Shown: positions 11,489 through 21,852, counted from the stretch's first letter. The stretch is DNA of 64,000 nucleotides from Actinomycetota bacterium (GCA_947450345.1 CANFVD010000001.1:15936-79935), one strand, 5' to 3'. Notes: generated from the sequence alone by a model not told the origin. Numbers and translations are program-made.

Positions 11489-11510
11489 GGCCTCGAGGGA
11501 GTAACGCGAA

Positions 11511-11762
11511 ATGGCACACAAAAAGGGAGCGAGTTCCACTCGCAACGGTCGTGACTCGAACGCCCAGCGTCTGGGCGTCAAGCGCTACGGCGGCCAGAAG
11601 GTCAAAGCAGGCGAAATCTTGGTTCGCCAGCGCGGAACGCACTTTCACCCCGGCGTCAACGTCGGACGTGGCGGCGACGACACGCTGTTCGCTCTTGCCG
11701 AGGGTGCCGTTGAGTTTGGTGCGAAGGGTGGCCGCAAGGTCATCAACATCGTCACCGTCTAA
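11511..11762 (+). CDS. rpmA: 50S ribosomal protein L27
   Basis: [24 protein letters not shown]. Confidence 0.98.
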   Translation: MAHKKGASSTRNGRDSNAQRLGVKRYGGQKVKAGEILVRQRGTHFHPGVNVGRGGDDTLFALAEGAVEFGAKGGRKVINIVTV

Positions 11763-11777
11763 CCACCACTCATGCAC

Positions 11778-11804
11778 AAAGGGCGAGCTTCGGCTCGCTC
11801 TTTT
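11778..11804 (+). terminator. Intrinsic terminator after rpmA
   Basis: GGGCGAGC-TTCG-GCTCGCTC followed by TTTT. Confidence 0.8.
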
Positions 11805-11847
11805 GCGTTAGTCCCACGAGTACTAGCAATCAGACACGAGGATTCAC

Positions 11848-13362
11848 ATGACCACGTTCGTTGACGAGGTGACCCTGCACCTCCGCGCGGGTCACGGTGG
11901 GCACGGGTGCGTCTCGGTGCGTCGTGAAAAGTTCAAGCCTCTGGCTGGCCCGGATGGCGGCAACGGCGGCAGTGGCGGCGACATCGTCTTGGTGTCTGAT
12001 CCGCAAGAGACAACGCTCTTGTCGTACCACCGCCACCCGCACCAGACGTCGTCGAACGGCGAACCCGGGCAGGGAAGTAACCGGCAGGGCGCTACCGGGG
12101 CGCCGCTCGAACTCAGCGTTCCGGTGGGCACCGTGGTCAAGGAACCCTCGGGCAAGGTCATCGCCGACATGAATGTGCCCGGCATGCGTGTCGTTGTGGC
12201 GCCCGGCGGGCTGGGCGGTTTGGGCAACGCGTCGCTGTCCTCAACCAAGCGCAAGGCTCCGGGATTCGCCCTGTTGGGCACCCCCGGCTTTGAGGGCGAC
12301 GTTGTGCTCGAACTCAAGACGCTCGCGGATGTTGCCCTCGTCGGTTATCCGTCAGCAGGCAAGTCGAGCTTGGTGGCCGCGTTGTCGGCAGCCCGACCCA
12401 AAATTGCCGACTATCCGTTCACCACGCTTCACCCCAACCTGGGGGTGGTTCAGGCGGGCGAGACGCGCTACACAATCGCCGACGTACCCGGTCTCATCGA
12501 GGGCGCCAGCGAAGGCAAGGGACTCGGTCTCGAGTTCCTGCGTCACGTTGAGCGCTGTCGCGTGCTGGTGCACGTCATTGACTGTGCCACGCTCGAGCCC
12601 GGCCGCGATCCGCTGTCTGATCTCGACATCATTTTGCACGAGCTCACGGAATACCCCGTACCCGCGGGTCAGATCCCGCTGGCCGAACGCCCGCAGATCA
12701 TCGCGCTCAACAAGATCGACGTTCCCGACGCCAAAGACCTTGCGGAGATGGTCGATCCACTGTTTGTCGAGCGCGGATATCGCGTATTCCCCATCTCGAC
12801 GGCGTCGCACGAGGGACTCAAGGCGCTGTCCTTTGCTCTGGCCGAGATGGTCTCCTCACAGCGTTCAGCTGAGGCAGTTGCCGACGTGCCGCGCATTGTG
12901 ATCCGACCACAGCCCGTTGACGAGAAGGACTTCTCGATTCGCGTCGAGGGTCCCATCGATGAGCGCATGTTCCGCGTGCTGGGATCGAAGCCCGAACGCT
13001 GGGTGGCGCAGACGGATTTCTCGAACGACGAAGCCGTGGGTTACCTGGCCGATCGGCTCGCACGCCTGGGTGTGGAAGAGGCGCTGTTCGCCAAGGGTGC
13101 CGTACCCGGTTCGGCCGTGGTGATTGGCGAGCGCGGCGGCGTGGTGTTCGATTGGGAGCCCACGCTCACGTCAGCCGCTGAGCTCACTGTGGGACCCCGC
13201 GGATCCGATGACCGACTTGCCGGTCCGCCACGACGCAGCACACGCGAGCGTCGTGAAGAATATACCGAGCGCATGGATGCCAAACAGGCCGCGCGTGATG
13301 AACTTGCTAGGGAGCGTGAAGCCGGTCTCTGGACCGAGGAGGACGACAATGGCGCTGGATGA
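11848..13362 (+). CDS. obgE: GTPase ObgE/CgtA
   Basis: [39 protein letters not shown] and NKID motifs. Confidence 0.97.
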   Translation: MTTFVDEVTLHLRAGHGGHGCVSVRREKFKPLAGPDGGNGGSGGDIVLVSDPQETTLLSYHRHPHQTSSNGEPGQGSNRQGATGAPLELSVPVGTVVKEPSGKVIADMNVPGMRVVVAPGGLGGLGNASLSSTKRKAPGFALLGTPGFEGDVVLELKTLADVALVGYPSAGKSSLVAALSAARPKIADYPFTTLHPNLGVVQAGETRYTIADVPGLIEGASEGKGLGLEFLRHVERCRVLVHVIDCATLEPGRDPLSDLDIILHELTEYPVPAGQIPLAERPQIIALNKIDVPDAKDLAEMVDPLFVERGYRVFPISTASHEGLKALSFALAEMVSSQRSAEAVADVPRIVIRPQPVDEKDFSIRVEGPIDERMFRVLGSKPERWVAQTDFSNDEAVGYLADRLARLGVEEALFAKGAVPGSAVVIGERGGVVFDWEPTLTSAAELTVGPRGSDDRLAGPPRRSTRERREEYTERMDAKQAARDELAREREAGLWTEEDDNGAG

Positions 13363-14143
13363 TCGACGCGACATACCCACAGCTCGTCGGGTCGTGGTTA
13401 AGGTGGGTTCGTCATCGATCAGTGGCGTGAATGCCCACCGCATTGCCCACATCGTCGACGAGCTGGCCGGTGCCTATGCGCGCGGAACTGAAATCGTGCT
13501 CGTCTCGTCTGGTGCCATCTCAACCGGTATGCCCCTGCTCGGTCTGGACGCCCGTCCGGAAGACCTCGCCACGCAGCAGGCGGTAGCCGCCGTCGGCCAG
13601 AATGCGCTGATTCACCGATACCAAGAGAACCTCGACCGCTACAACATCGTGGCCGGCCAGGTTCTGCTCACCGCGGGTGATCTCGAGCACGACGAGACCC
13701 GCGCCAATGCCGAACGCGCGCTTGACCGACTGCTCACGATGCGCACTCTGCCCATCGTCAACGAAAACGACACCGTGGCCACCTCGGAGATTCGCTTTGG
13801 CGATAACGACCGGCTGGCAGCCCTCGTCGCCGTCCTCGTGCGTGCCGACGTGCTCATCCTGCTTTCGGATGTTGATGCTCTGTACACCAAGCCTCCGCAC
13901 GAAGTGGGTGCCGAAAAAATCGACTATGTCACGTTTGGTGACGACCTTGACTCGGTTGAATTTGGCGACATCGGAGACGCGGGTGTGGGAACCGGGGGAG
14001 CCGTGACCAAGGTGGCAGCCGCACACCTCGCGAGCGCCTCGGGCACTGCCGTGCTCATCACGGCTTCAGAGCTCGTGGGCGATGCGCTGAGCGGAGCGCG
14101 CATCGGGACCTGGTTTGAGCCAAATCCCGACCGAGCGGCCTAG
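13349..14143 (+). CDS. proB: Glutamate 5-kinase (short form without PUA domain)
   Basis: [15 protein letters not shown] and [19 protein letters not shown] motifs. Confidence 0.95.
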   Translation: MALDDRRDIPTARRVVVKVGSSSISGVNAHRIAHIVDELAGAYARGTEIVLVSSGAISTGMPLLGLDARPEDLATQQAVAAVGQNALIHRYQENLDRYNIVAGQVLLTAGDLEHDETRANAERALDRLLTMRTLPIVNENDTVATSEIRFGDNDRLAALVAVLVRADVLILLSDVDALYTKPPHEVGAEKIDYVTFGDDLDSVEFGDIGDAGVGTGGAVTKVAAAHLASASGTAVLITASELVGDALSGARIGTWFEPNPDRAA

Positions 14144-14207
14144 ATCTGCGCCTTCGCGAGCCCTCGGCACAGTGGGGACTCGCGAGAGCCACCGTTAGAC
14201 TTTCCTC

Positions 14208-15470
14208 ATGCCACTAGAGGAGCTCGCTGCGTTTACACACAAGCTCGAGTCGGCGCAGGCTGCGTCAATTGTCTTGGCAACGCTTAACACCGATGCGAAG
14301 AACGCTGCGCTGCACGCCATCGCCGATGCCCTTGATGAAAATAGCGCGGGCATTGTTGCCTCCAACGCCCTTGACCTCGACAACGGTCGCGCCAACGGCA
14401 CTTCCGAGGGGCTCATGGATCGCCTCGCACTCACCCCCGCCCGCATTGCTAGCCTCTCGCAAGCCGTCCGACAGGTGGCCGCACTGGCAGACCCCGTGGG
14501 TCACGTTGTTCGCGGAATGGACATGCCCAACGGAGTTCACCTCACTCAGGTGCGCGTGCCCTTTGGCGTTGTGGGCACAATCTACGAGGCCCGCCCGAAC
14601 GTCACGGTTGATATTGCCGCACTTGCCCTCAAGAGTGGCAACGCCGTCGTCCTTCGGGGCGGCTCTGCGGCGGAGAACAGCAACCGCACGCTCGTGGCCA
14701 TCATCCAAGAGGCACTCACATCGGTGGGCCTTCCCGCTGCAGCCGTTCAGACGATCGACGAGTTTGGTCGTGAGGGTGCCCGTCGCCTGATGGCAGCACG
14801 CGGCCTGGTGGACGTTCTCGTTCCGCGCGGCTCGGCCGACCTCATCAACACGGTCGTCATGGAATCGAAGGTTCCCGTGATCGAGACGGGTGCGGGCGTG
14901 GTTCACCTCGTGCTCGATGAGAGCGCCAACGTGGAATGGGCCGTCGACATCGTGCACAACTCCAAGGTGCAGCGACCGAGCGTGTGTAACGCCCTCGAAA
15001 CCCTGCTGGTCCTTGAATCAGCCGCCGAGCGACTTCTGCCACCGGTTCTGTCCAAACTGCGCGAGTCGGGCGTCACGATTCACGCCGACGAGCGGGCGCA
15101 CGCCATCTTTGCCGACTCGGTTCCCGCCACCCCCGATGACTTTGGCCGTGAGTACATGAGCCGCGATATTGCCGTCAAGGTTGTTCCTTCGCTGGATGCG
15201 GCCATTGAGCACATCCGCCGCTATTCCACGAAGCACACCGAGTCGATCATCACGAACGATGCCGCTAACGCCGAGCGTTTTCTCGCCGAGGTCGACTCCG
15301 CTGCCGTGATGGTGAACGCGTCGACGCGCTTTACCGACGGCGGCGAGTTTGGTTTCGGCGCCGAGGTGGGAATCTCCACTCAGAAGCTCCACGCGCGGGG
15401 TCCCATGGGCTTGCCCGAGCTCACCAGCACCAAGTGGTTGGTCCGCGGCCAGGGTCAGATTCGTCGCTAG
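14208..15470 (+). CDS. proA: Glutamate-5-semialdehyde dehydrogenase
   Basis: IYEARPNVT, SVCNALET and NASTRFTDGGEFGFGAEVGISTQKLHARGPMGL motifs. Confidence 0.97.
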   Translation: MPLEELAAFTHKLESAQAASIVLATLNTDAKNAALHAIADALDENSAGIVASNALDLDNGRANGTSEGLMDRLALTPARIASLSQAVRQVAALADPVGHVVRGMDMPNGVHLTQVRVPFGVVGTIYEARPNVTVDIAALALKSGNAVVLRGGSAAENSNRTLVAIIQEALTSVGLPAAAVQTIDEFGREGARRLMAARGLVDVLVPRGSADLINTVVMESKVPVIETGAGVVHLVLDESANVEWAVDIVHNSKVQRPSVCNALETLLVLESAAERLLPPVLSKLRESGVTIHADERAHAIFADSVPATPDDFGREYMSRDIAVKVVPSLDAAIEHIRRYSTKHTESIITNDAANAERFLAEVDSAAVMVNASTRFTDGGEFGFGAEVGISTQKLHARGPMGLPELTSTKWLVRGQGQIRR

Positions 15471-15508
15471 ACTGAGCACATCACCAACAGACGTCACAGG
15501 AGTTGCGC

Positions 15509-15688
15509 ATGTCATCACTCACCGTTATTGCCGAAGCAGCGCTTCACCCGCTCTTCCTCCCGGCCTGGGTCTTTGGTCTCATTGCTGTCGCGATCTTCAC
15601 GCTTCTGGGGTTCATGACCTTCAGCTACCGCGATGTGGCAAATCGGCACGCCAACAAGACTGACAAGTCCGGCGCAGGCCACCACTAG
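15509..15688 (+). CDS. Small single-TM hypothetical protein
   Basis: AGGAG SD, 59-aa ORF with one TM helix and a C-terminal HH; fills the proA-nadD gap. Confidence 0.75.
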   Translation: MSSLTVIAEAALHPLFLPAWVFGLIAVAIFTLLGFMTFSYRDVANRHANKTDKSGAGHH

Positions 15689-15697
15689 GTAGCACGC

Positions 15698-16309
15698 GTG
15701 TCGAGAACCCGAATCGGCGTTCTCGGGGGAACGTTCGACCCTTTTCACAACGGGCACCTGAGCGTGGCTCGCTCTGTTCGAGACTCGGGTCTCGTGGATT
15801 GCGTGATTGTGGTTCCCGCAAACGATCAGTGGCAAAAGAAGGCTGTGGCCACTGCGCAACAGCGACTCGAGATGGCGCGCCGAGGCATATCCGTGGATGC
15901 CGTCGCCGGCACCGGCGACTCGATGAACGACGCCCTGTTCGTCAGTGACGTTGACATTCTGAGAGGCGGGCCCACGTACACCATCGAAACGCTTGAGGAC
16001 TTGTCCCTGCTGCATCCCGATGCCGACTTCAGGTTTATCGTGGGCGTTGATGCGGCGTCCGGATTGCCGTCCTGGTATCGAACCGACGAGCTGAGAGACC
16101 GCGCCTCCTTCATTGTGGTGACGCGACCCGGCACGTCCCCGCCTCAGCTCGATGTGCAGGGCTATGACCTAAACTTGCTACACATCCCGCCCGTTGATGT
16201 TTCGTCATCGATGTGTCGGGAAGCAATACGCAACGGTGCGGCAGTTACCGATTTAGTTCCCCTCGCAGTAGCCGCCTACATCGAGTCCGAGGGTCTCTAC
16301 AGGGAGTAA
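15698..16309 (+). CDS. nadD: Nicotinate-nucleotide adenylyltransferase
   Basis: GVLGGTFDPFHNGH, YTIETL and DVSSS motifs. Confidence 0.93.
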   Translation: MSRTRIGVLGGTFDPFHNGHLSVARSVRDSGLVDCVIVVPANDQWQKKAVATAQQRLEMARRGISVDAVAGTGDSMNDALFVSDVDILRGGPTYTIETLEDLSLLHPDADFRFIVGVDAASGLPSWYRTDELRDRASFIVVTRPGTSPPQLDVQGYDLNLLHIPPVDVSSSMCREAIRNGAAVTDLVPLAVAAYIESEGLYRE

Positions 16310-16311
16310 CG

Positions 16312-17862
16312 GTGGCAAAGGACAACGGCAAGAAGGGCGACGAGGTGCCACCCCGCACCTACGGCGTTCACTGGCCGTCGAATCCTGCCCCGGGGAGCGA
16401 CGCGCCGTCGCCCGACGCCGAGGCCCCCAAGACCGCGGCACCCAAATCTGCGGCGCCCAGATCTGGGGCGCCCGCGCCGGCACCTGCGCCCCAGGCCCCC
16501 GCGAAGAAGTCCGCTGCGTCTCCCGCCGGCCCGCCTCCGCCCCCGGTGATTCCTCCGCTTCCACCCACGTCGTCACCGTCACGCCAGCCCGCCCAGTCGC
16601 CCGCTCCCGCAGCAGAAATGCCCGCTGCGCCACCGCGCGAAGCAACCCCTGCGATGCCTGCGACCCCGTCTCCCGCCGCCGTTCCCGAGGTCGTTATTCC
16701 GCAGGTCGTTGCGCCTCCGGCAACGGTGGCACCCGAGGCTGTGGCACCCCCAGCCGTGACTCCCCAACCAGTGGCTCCCCAGGACGTGGCTCCTTCCATT
16801 GTCGCGCCTGAGCCCGTCTACATCCCTGTTGCCGAGGCCACCACGGCCCCTGAGCCCGTCTACGTTCCCCGGCCGGCAGACCTGCTGATTCCCGTCCCCT
16901 CGGGCAGCCCAGGGCTGCCCGTCGATCCTCTGACGTCTCCCGAGATTCCCGTCCTGCCGCCGGTGGCCACTCCGACCTCGGCGCCCCTGTCGGACACCTC
17001 GGGGCTATCCCGTCGTGAAATGCGCAAACTTCGAGAACAGGCAACGGCCCGCATTGGTGAGCCTGCGGATTCGCTGTCTCGTATCGAAGAGGCGGCGGCC
17101 ATGGCCGCGATGCCACAGGCGGTGCAATCTCCCTATGTGGCAACCGGCCAGCCCGCTTCGTTGTTGCCTGCTCAGCCCAACCAAGTTGTCCAGCCCGGTT
17201 ACGCTGCCCAACAGGTGCAGCCGACGCAATATGTCCCCGCAGTTCCCTTGTCGACAACGCTCCCGGGTATTCCAGCGGCTGCGGTTGAGATGGCGGCCAT
17301 TACGGGTCGACTCGACATCATCGAGGCCACACAAACTCCCGTCGCGCCCACTCTGTCCTCCGGCCCGACCGTGGCTCAGCTCCGCGCCATGGAGGAGGCC
17401 AGCAGGGCTGCCATGGCCCGCGACGTTGTGCTCGAGTCAACGGTCCCCGGGCTGTCGACCACGGGGGGCCTGCCCACCTCGGGTCACTCACTGATTATGT
17501 CGAATGTGCCGACCGACATTCCAAGCGCGTTGAGTGCCATGAATGAGACGGGCGAAATCATCGTCACCGGCCAGATCATCCTGCCCGCCAGTGTGGCCCA
17601 AACCGGAACAGACATGAGACGTTTCGACACCGCCGAGATTGATGTGGTGGCTGAGCGCGAGCCGCAAACGGGGAATGTCGGCAATCTCGCGCCGGTCAGC
17701 GCCACCCGCGCCGTGAGCGCTTTTTCGTCGCACACCACCTCATCACTGCCACCTCGCGTGGGGTCGCATCGCCTCCCCATGGTGCTCGCACTCATCGCGG
17801 CGGGCCTCGCGGTGGGAGTCGTTGGTCTCTTCGTGGCAAATATCTTCCTCAAATTCTTCTAG
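16312..17862 (+). CDS. Pro/Ala-rich disordered protein with C-terminal membrane anchor
   Basis: Long ORF between nadD and rsfS; low-complexity N-terminal half; terminal hydrophobic helix LPMVLALIAAGLAVGVVGLFVANIF. Confidence 0.8.
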   Translation: MAKDNGKKGDEVPPRTYGVHWPSNPAPGSDAPSPDAEAPKTAAPKSAAPRSGAPAPAPAPQAPAKKSAASPAGPPPPPVIPPLPPTSSPSRQPAQSPAPAAEMPAAPPREATPAMPATPSPAAVPEVVIPQVVAPPATVAPEAVAPPAVTPQPVAPQDVAPSIVAPEPVYIPVAEATTAPEPVYVPRPADLLIPVPSGSPGLPVDPLTSPEIPVLPPVATPTSAPLSDTSGLSRREMRKLREQATARIGEPADSLSRIEEAAAMAAMPQAVQSPYVATGQPASLLPAQPNQVVQPGYAAQQVQPTQYVPAVPLSTTLPGIPAAAVEMAAITGRLDIIEATQTPVAPTLSSGPTVAQLRAMEEASRAAMARDVVLESTVPGLSTTGGLPTSGHSLIMSNVPTDIPSALSAMNETGEIIVTGQIILPASVAQTGTDMRRFDTAEIDVVAEREPQTGNVGNLAPVSATRAVSAFSSHTTSSLPPRVGSHRLPMVLALIAAGLAVGVVGLFVANIFLKFF

Positions 17863-17872
17863 GCTCACTTAA

Positions 17873-18265
17873 GTGACCGCTTCTCCAGAAACACTTGACG
17901 CCCTGAATGCCGCAGCTGTGGCCGCCGACGCTACCGGCGGTGACGACATGGTTGCGCTCGACGTCTCGGATCGGCTCGCCTTGGCCGACGCGTTTCTTCT
18001 GGTGACCGGTCGCAACGAGAGAAACGTCTCGGCGGTCGCCAACGAGGTTGAAGACAAGCTCTTCGAAATGGGAATTAAGCCACTTCGTCGTGAGGGGCGA
18101 GGCGAAGGTCGCTGGGTCCTCATCGATTTCGGGGGCCTCATTGTTCACGTTTTCCACGAGGAAGACCGCCTCTACTACGGCTTGGAGCGGCTCTGGGGAG
18201 ACTGCCCCGTCATCCCGCTTCCGGAGGGCATCGGTTCGAGGCCCGCTGGTGATGTAGTAACCTAA
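17873..18265 (+). CDS. rsfS: Ribosome silencing factor
   Basis: ALDVS..LADAFLLVTG, WVLIDFGGLIVHVFHEEDRLYYGLERLW. Confidence 0.95.
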   Translation: MTASPETLDALNAAAVAADATGGDDMVALDVSDRLALADAFLLVTGRNERNVSAVANEVEDKLFEMGIKPLRREGRGEGRWVLIDFGGLIVHVFHEEDRLYYGLERLWGDCPVIPLPEGIGSRPAGDVVT

Positions 18266-18289
18266 ACAAGGTCGTAATCACACCATTAC

Positions 18290-18362
18290 GGGTCTGTGGC
18301 GCAGCTGGTAGCGCACCTGCATGGCATGCAGGGGGTCAGGGGTTCGAGTCCCCTCAGATCCA
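18290..18362 (+). tRNA. tRNA-Ala(GGC)
   Basis: Acceptor stem GGGTCTG/CAGATCC with G3:U70; anticodon arm CCTGC-ATGGCAT-GCAGG; GGTTCGAGTCC T-arm; CCA not encoded. Confidence 0.97.
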
Positions 18363-18372
18363 CAAAATAAAC

Positions 18373-18400
18373 AACCACCCTTATGGGGTGGTTTTTATTT
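18373..18400 (+). terminator. Intrinsic terminator after tRNA-Ala
   Basis: AACCACCC...GGGTGGTT hairpin followed by a T-rich tract. Confidence 0.8.
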
Positions 18401-18456
18401 TGTGTCTGTGTGCACGAGAACCCCGCGGTGGGCCCCCGCTAACACAGCCCGGGGCA

Positions 18457-19200
18457 TTACTTTCCGCGGGCAACCTTGATGATTTGGTCGACGTAGGACG
18501 ACCGAGCCATCTCAACTGTCAGGCCCTTGATGCCGCGGGTCGACATTTGCCGGGTCGCCGTGTGCTGACCCGTTGACCATGAGGCGAGTCCGTGCGTCAT
18601 CCAGGCCACGTGTCCGGAAGCCACAACTTCGGCGGGGTGCAAGAGGAGGGATGCCGAGGGAACGGAATTCTCGTCGTAGTCGAGTGAGCTCACTTTGCCC
18701 GAACGAAGATCGATAATTGTGGTGGCCAAAAGGGCCAGGTGAAAGTCAAATATGTCCTGCATGTTTTTGCCGTACTTCTCGCTGACGATCACGTGCGAAC
18801 CGGCAGATGCCAGGGGGTACTGGAGCAAGAGATACATGCCGCCCATGTGCTCGGCCCACTTGGTCTCCTCGGTAATGAACGCACGCAGGCGCTTCTCGGG
18901 GTCGGCGGGGGCGTTGCGCATCGAGTTGCGCACGTTCTGGGACCACTCGCGATAGGCCCACCAGGTGGCTTCCGCCAGAAGACCGTCGCGGTTTCCGAAG
19001 TAGTAGTTCACCATGGGGTGCTTGATGTCGATGCGGTCACACACCCGAAAAGCGTTGAAGTCTGCGGGGCCGACACGAATGATGTCTTCAATCGCGAGCA
19101 TGATCATTTTCTCGCGGGTCGAGGGCTCGGCGACGGAGCCATACTTCAGCCAGTCTTTCGCCGTGTAAGAGAGGGCGTCTGGCTCTACGGGAGTTGCCAT
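18457..19200 (-). CDS. TetR/AcrR-family transcriptional regulator
   Basis: N-terminal HTH TREKMIMLAIEDIIRVG...VCDRIDIKHPMVNYYFGNRDGLL. Confidence 0.8.
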   Translation of the reverse strand: MATPVEPDALSYTAKDWLKYGSVAEPSTREKMIMLAIEDIIRVGPADFNAFRVCDRIDIKHPMVNYYFGNRDGLLAEATWWAYREWSQNVRNSMRNAPADPEKRLRAFITEETKWAEHMGGMYLLLQYPLASAGSHVIVSEKYGKNMQDIFDFHLALLATTIIDLRSGKVSSLDYDENSVPSASLLLHPAEVVASGHVAWMTHGLASWSTGQHTATRQMSTRGIKGLTVEMARSSYVDQIIKVARGK

Positions 19201-19435
19201 AATCAGACTCTACCTCCGAGACATTCGGTTGGCATGCAGGTTCCGCTCAGCGTGTGCTCACTAAAGCGCATTGCGCGATGACCGTTTTGCCCGGGGCTCG
19301 ACTTTGGTAAGACAGATTGACCCACCGCGAAACAGTAAAATTGAGAAATCGGGCATTGACGGGAATAGCGTGCGCGCTGTCATGAGTTATGACATGTAGA
19401 CGCATGTTTTCGCCGTCACACAAGGAGAGTTACGC

Positions 19436-20485
19436 ATGTTTGCGGAATTGGAATTTGGACTGGACACCTTTGGCGACGCCACGGTGGCTCCCGACGGAAC
19501 CCCGCTGAGCCACGCGCAAGTGATTCGCAATGTAATTGCCGAGGGTGTTCTTGCCGACGAGGTCGGCCTCAACTTCATTGGCATCGGGGAGCACCACCGC
19601 GAGGATTTTGCCGTCTCTGCGCCGGAAATTTTGATGGCCGCCATCGCAGCACGCACCTCGAACATCCACGTCGGATCGGCCGTCACCGTGCTGAGTTCTG
19701 ATGATCCCATTCGGGTGTACCAGCGATTCTCTGAACTCAACGCGCTCTCCGAAGGACGTGCCGAGGTCATCCTGGGCCGCGGTTCGTTTACGGAGTCTTT
19801 TCCTCTGTTTGGTTTTGAACTTCGCGACTACGAGACCCTCTTTGAAGAGAAGCTCGATCTCTTTGTTGAGATCGTGAAGGAACAGCCTGTCACGTGGTCT
19901 GGTTCGATTCGTCCAGCGCTCAGTGAGACGCGCATCTTCCCGCCGATCGAAGCAGGACACTTGAAGACGTGGATTGGTGTGGGCGGAAGCCCAGAGTCGG
20001 TGGTTCGTGCTGCTCGCTACGGCTTGCCCCTCATGCTGGCGATTATTGGTGGTGACCCGCTGCGCTTCCGCCCCTACGTGGATCTGTATCACCGGGCGTT
20101 GACCGAGATGGGTAAGCCCCTTCTCCCGGTGGGTCAGCACTCACCCGGTTTCGTGGCTGCTACGGATGAGCAGGCCCGAGAACTCGCTTGGCCGCACTAC
20201 CGCGACATGCACGCTCGCATCGGTGCACAGCGTGGCTGGCCGCCACTCTCCCGCGCGCAGTTTGACGCCGAAGCGGGGCCCGAAGGCGCCCTCATGCTCG
20301 GCTCTCCCGAGACGGTTGCCGCGAAGATTGCCCGGTCAATGTCGGGTCTCGGTGTGACACGCTTCGACCTCAAGTACTCGCTTGGGACGCTCTCGCATGA
20401 GAATCTCATGGAGTGTATTCGTCTCTATGGCACCGAGGTCGTTCCCCGCGTGCGCGAACTCGTCGCGACGGCGAAGGCAGCCTAA
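19436..20485 (+). CDS. LLM-class (luciferase-like) flavin-dependent oxidoreductase
   Basis: FGLDTFGD, GIGEHHR, GSAVTVLSSDDP and GRGSFTESF motifs; AAGGAG SD. Confidence 0.92.
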   Translation: MFAELEFGLDTFGDATVAPDGTPLSHAQVIRNVIAEGVLADEVGLNFIGIGEHHREDFAVSAPEILMAAIAARTSNIHVGSAVTVLSSDDPIRVYQRFSELNALSEGRAEVILGRGSFTESFPLFGFELRDYETLFEEKLDLFVEIVKEQPVTWSGSIRPALSETRIFPPIEAGHLKTWIGVGGSPESVVRAARYGLPLMLAIIGGDPLRFRPYVDLYHRALTEMGKPLLPVGQHSPGFVAATDEQARELAWPHYRDMHARIGAQRGWPPLSRAQFDAEAGPEGALMLGSPETVAAKIARSMSGLGVTRFDLKYSLGTLSHENLMECIRLYGTEVVPRVRELVATAKAA

Positions 20486-20505
20486 GCCGGGCGGTTCACC
20501 GTGTC

Positions 20506-21852
20506 GTGACCTCAGCGTGGGTCACTCATGCGCGCGAGGTCCTCGCACGTGTCGGTCGGCGCCGGGTAATTCTCTTAGGCGCGGGGATCGTGACCGCTCT
20601 TGTCGTGCTGTCGGCATCGGGCCTGGTAGCCACGGCGGTGACCTCTCCGCCAAGCCAATCCACGACTGATAATTCCGGCGGGGCAGAGGCGGAACAGAAC
20701 ACGAGCACCCTCGACCCGGTTGCACGCTGGGCACGCTTGCGACTCGCCAACATGTCAACCGCCGACAAGGTGCGCAGCCTCATCATCGGCCACGTGAGTG
20801 GCGTCAACCCCGAGGGTATGCGCGTCGCGGTGGCACCCAGTTCCAGCGGCGGATCAGGTTGGGGCGGCGTCATCCTGATGCGCGACAATGTGGTGGCGAG
20901 TGCCGAAGAGATGTCGGCCGTCACCGGGCTCGCCACGGCCGAACCGGAGTTGCCTCCCATTGTGTCGATCGACGAAGAGGGCGGCGAGGTCGTTCGATTG
21001 CCCTTCGACCCGTTTGCCGGGGCCGACGATCTGCGGAGTCAGCCGGTGAGCGCGACCACCGACGCGTTTGCCGGACGCGGCGCCCTCCTCGCTTCTGTGG
21101 GAATCTCGGTGAACTTTGGCATCGTTGCCGACAGCACGGCTGACCCCGGCTCATTTATTTACCGTCGCACGCTGGGCGACGGACCGACGGACAGCGCCGA
21201 ACGCGTAGGCGCTGCCGTGACCGCCGAGCAGACGTCGGTCGCGAGCACACTCAAGCATTTCCCGGGTCACGGACGCACGGCAGGAGATTCACACGTCGGC
21301 ATTCCCGAAGCGAACGTCAGCCTCGAGCAGTGGCGGGCCACTGACGCCGTGCCGTTCGCGGCGGGAGTGGATGCCGGCGTGACGTTCGTCATGTTTGGGC
21401 ATCTCGCCTTCCCGGCGGTGGATGCGGCTCCGGCGAGTCTGTCCGCGACGTGGCACGACGTGTTGCGTCGGGACCTAGGGTTCGACGGGATTTCGGTCAC
21501 CGATGACATGCTGATGCTTCAAGCATCGGGAGATCCCCGTTTGGCGGATCCCTATGCCAACGCCGTGGCTGCCCTGGCCGCAGGAAATGACGCGCTCCTC
21601 TATGTTTTCCCTGCGGACCCCGCCACCGTCGGCATCGACGTGACCACTCTCGTGGCGACACTCGTTGCTGCAGTGGATTCGGGAGTCATTCCGCAGGCTC
21701 GAGTCGATGAATCCGCGCTCAAGTTGCTGACTTTTCGGCGCTCTCTGGCGCCGGGCGCAGAGAAGTGGCACGCCCCCTGTGACCTCGGTTGCGTGGTGCT
21801 CAATGAACCTCGGGGAACTGTTCCGGCGACAATCGCGCTGGCAGGTCCGTGA
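20506..21852 (+). CDS. Glycoside hydrolase family 3 (NagZ-like beta-N-acetylhexosaminidase) with N-terminal membrane anchor
   Basis: SIDEEGG, LKHFPGHG..DSH, VMFGH and TDDMLM motifs; start uncertain. Confidence 0.85.
   Translation: MTSAWVTHAREVLARVGRRRVILLGAGIVTALVVLSASGLVATAVTSPPSQSTTDNSGGAEAEQNTSTLDPVARWARLRLANMSTADKVRSLIIGHVSGVNPEGMRVAVAPSSSGGSGWGGVILMRDNVVASAEEMSAVTGLATAEPELPPIVSIDEEGGEVVRLPFDPFAGADDLRSQPVSATTDAFAGRGALLASVGISVNFGIVADSTADPGSFIYRRTLGDGPTDSAERVGAAVTAEQTSVASTLKHFPGHGRTAGDSHVGIPEANVSLEQWRATDAVPFAAGVDAGVTFVMFGHLAFPAVDAAPASLSATWHDVLRRDLGFDGISVTDDMLMLQASGDPRLADPYANAVAALAAGNDALLYVFPADPATVGIDVTTLVATLVAAVDSGVIPQARVDESALKLLTFRRSLAPGAEKWHAPCDLGCVVLNEPRGTVPATIALAGP

Noticed and set aside
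13349..14143. ProB lacking the C-terminal PUA domain as a possible pseudogene
   Set aside because: PUA-less glutamate 5-kinases are a known natural form, and the kinase domain is complete.
16420..16870. Short DNA repeats as a possible CRISPR or mobile repeat
   Set aside because: They are in-frame, degenerate coding repeats with no repeat-spacer structure, and there are no cas genes.
18316..18332. A32-U38 pair in the tRNA-Ala anticodon loop
   Set aside because: This is a known conserved feature of tRNA-Ala(GGC).
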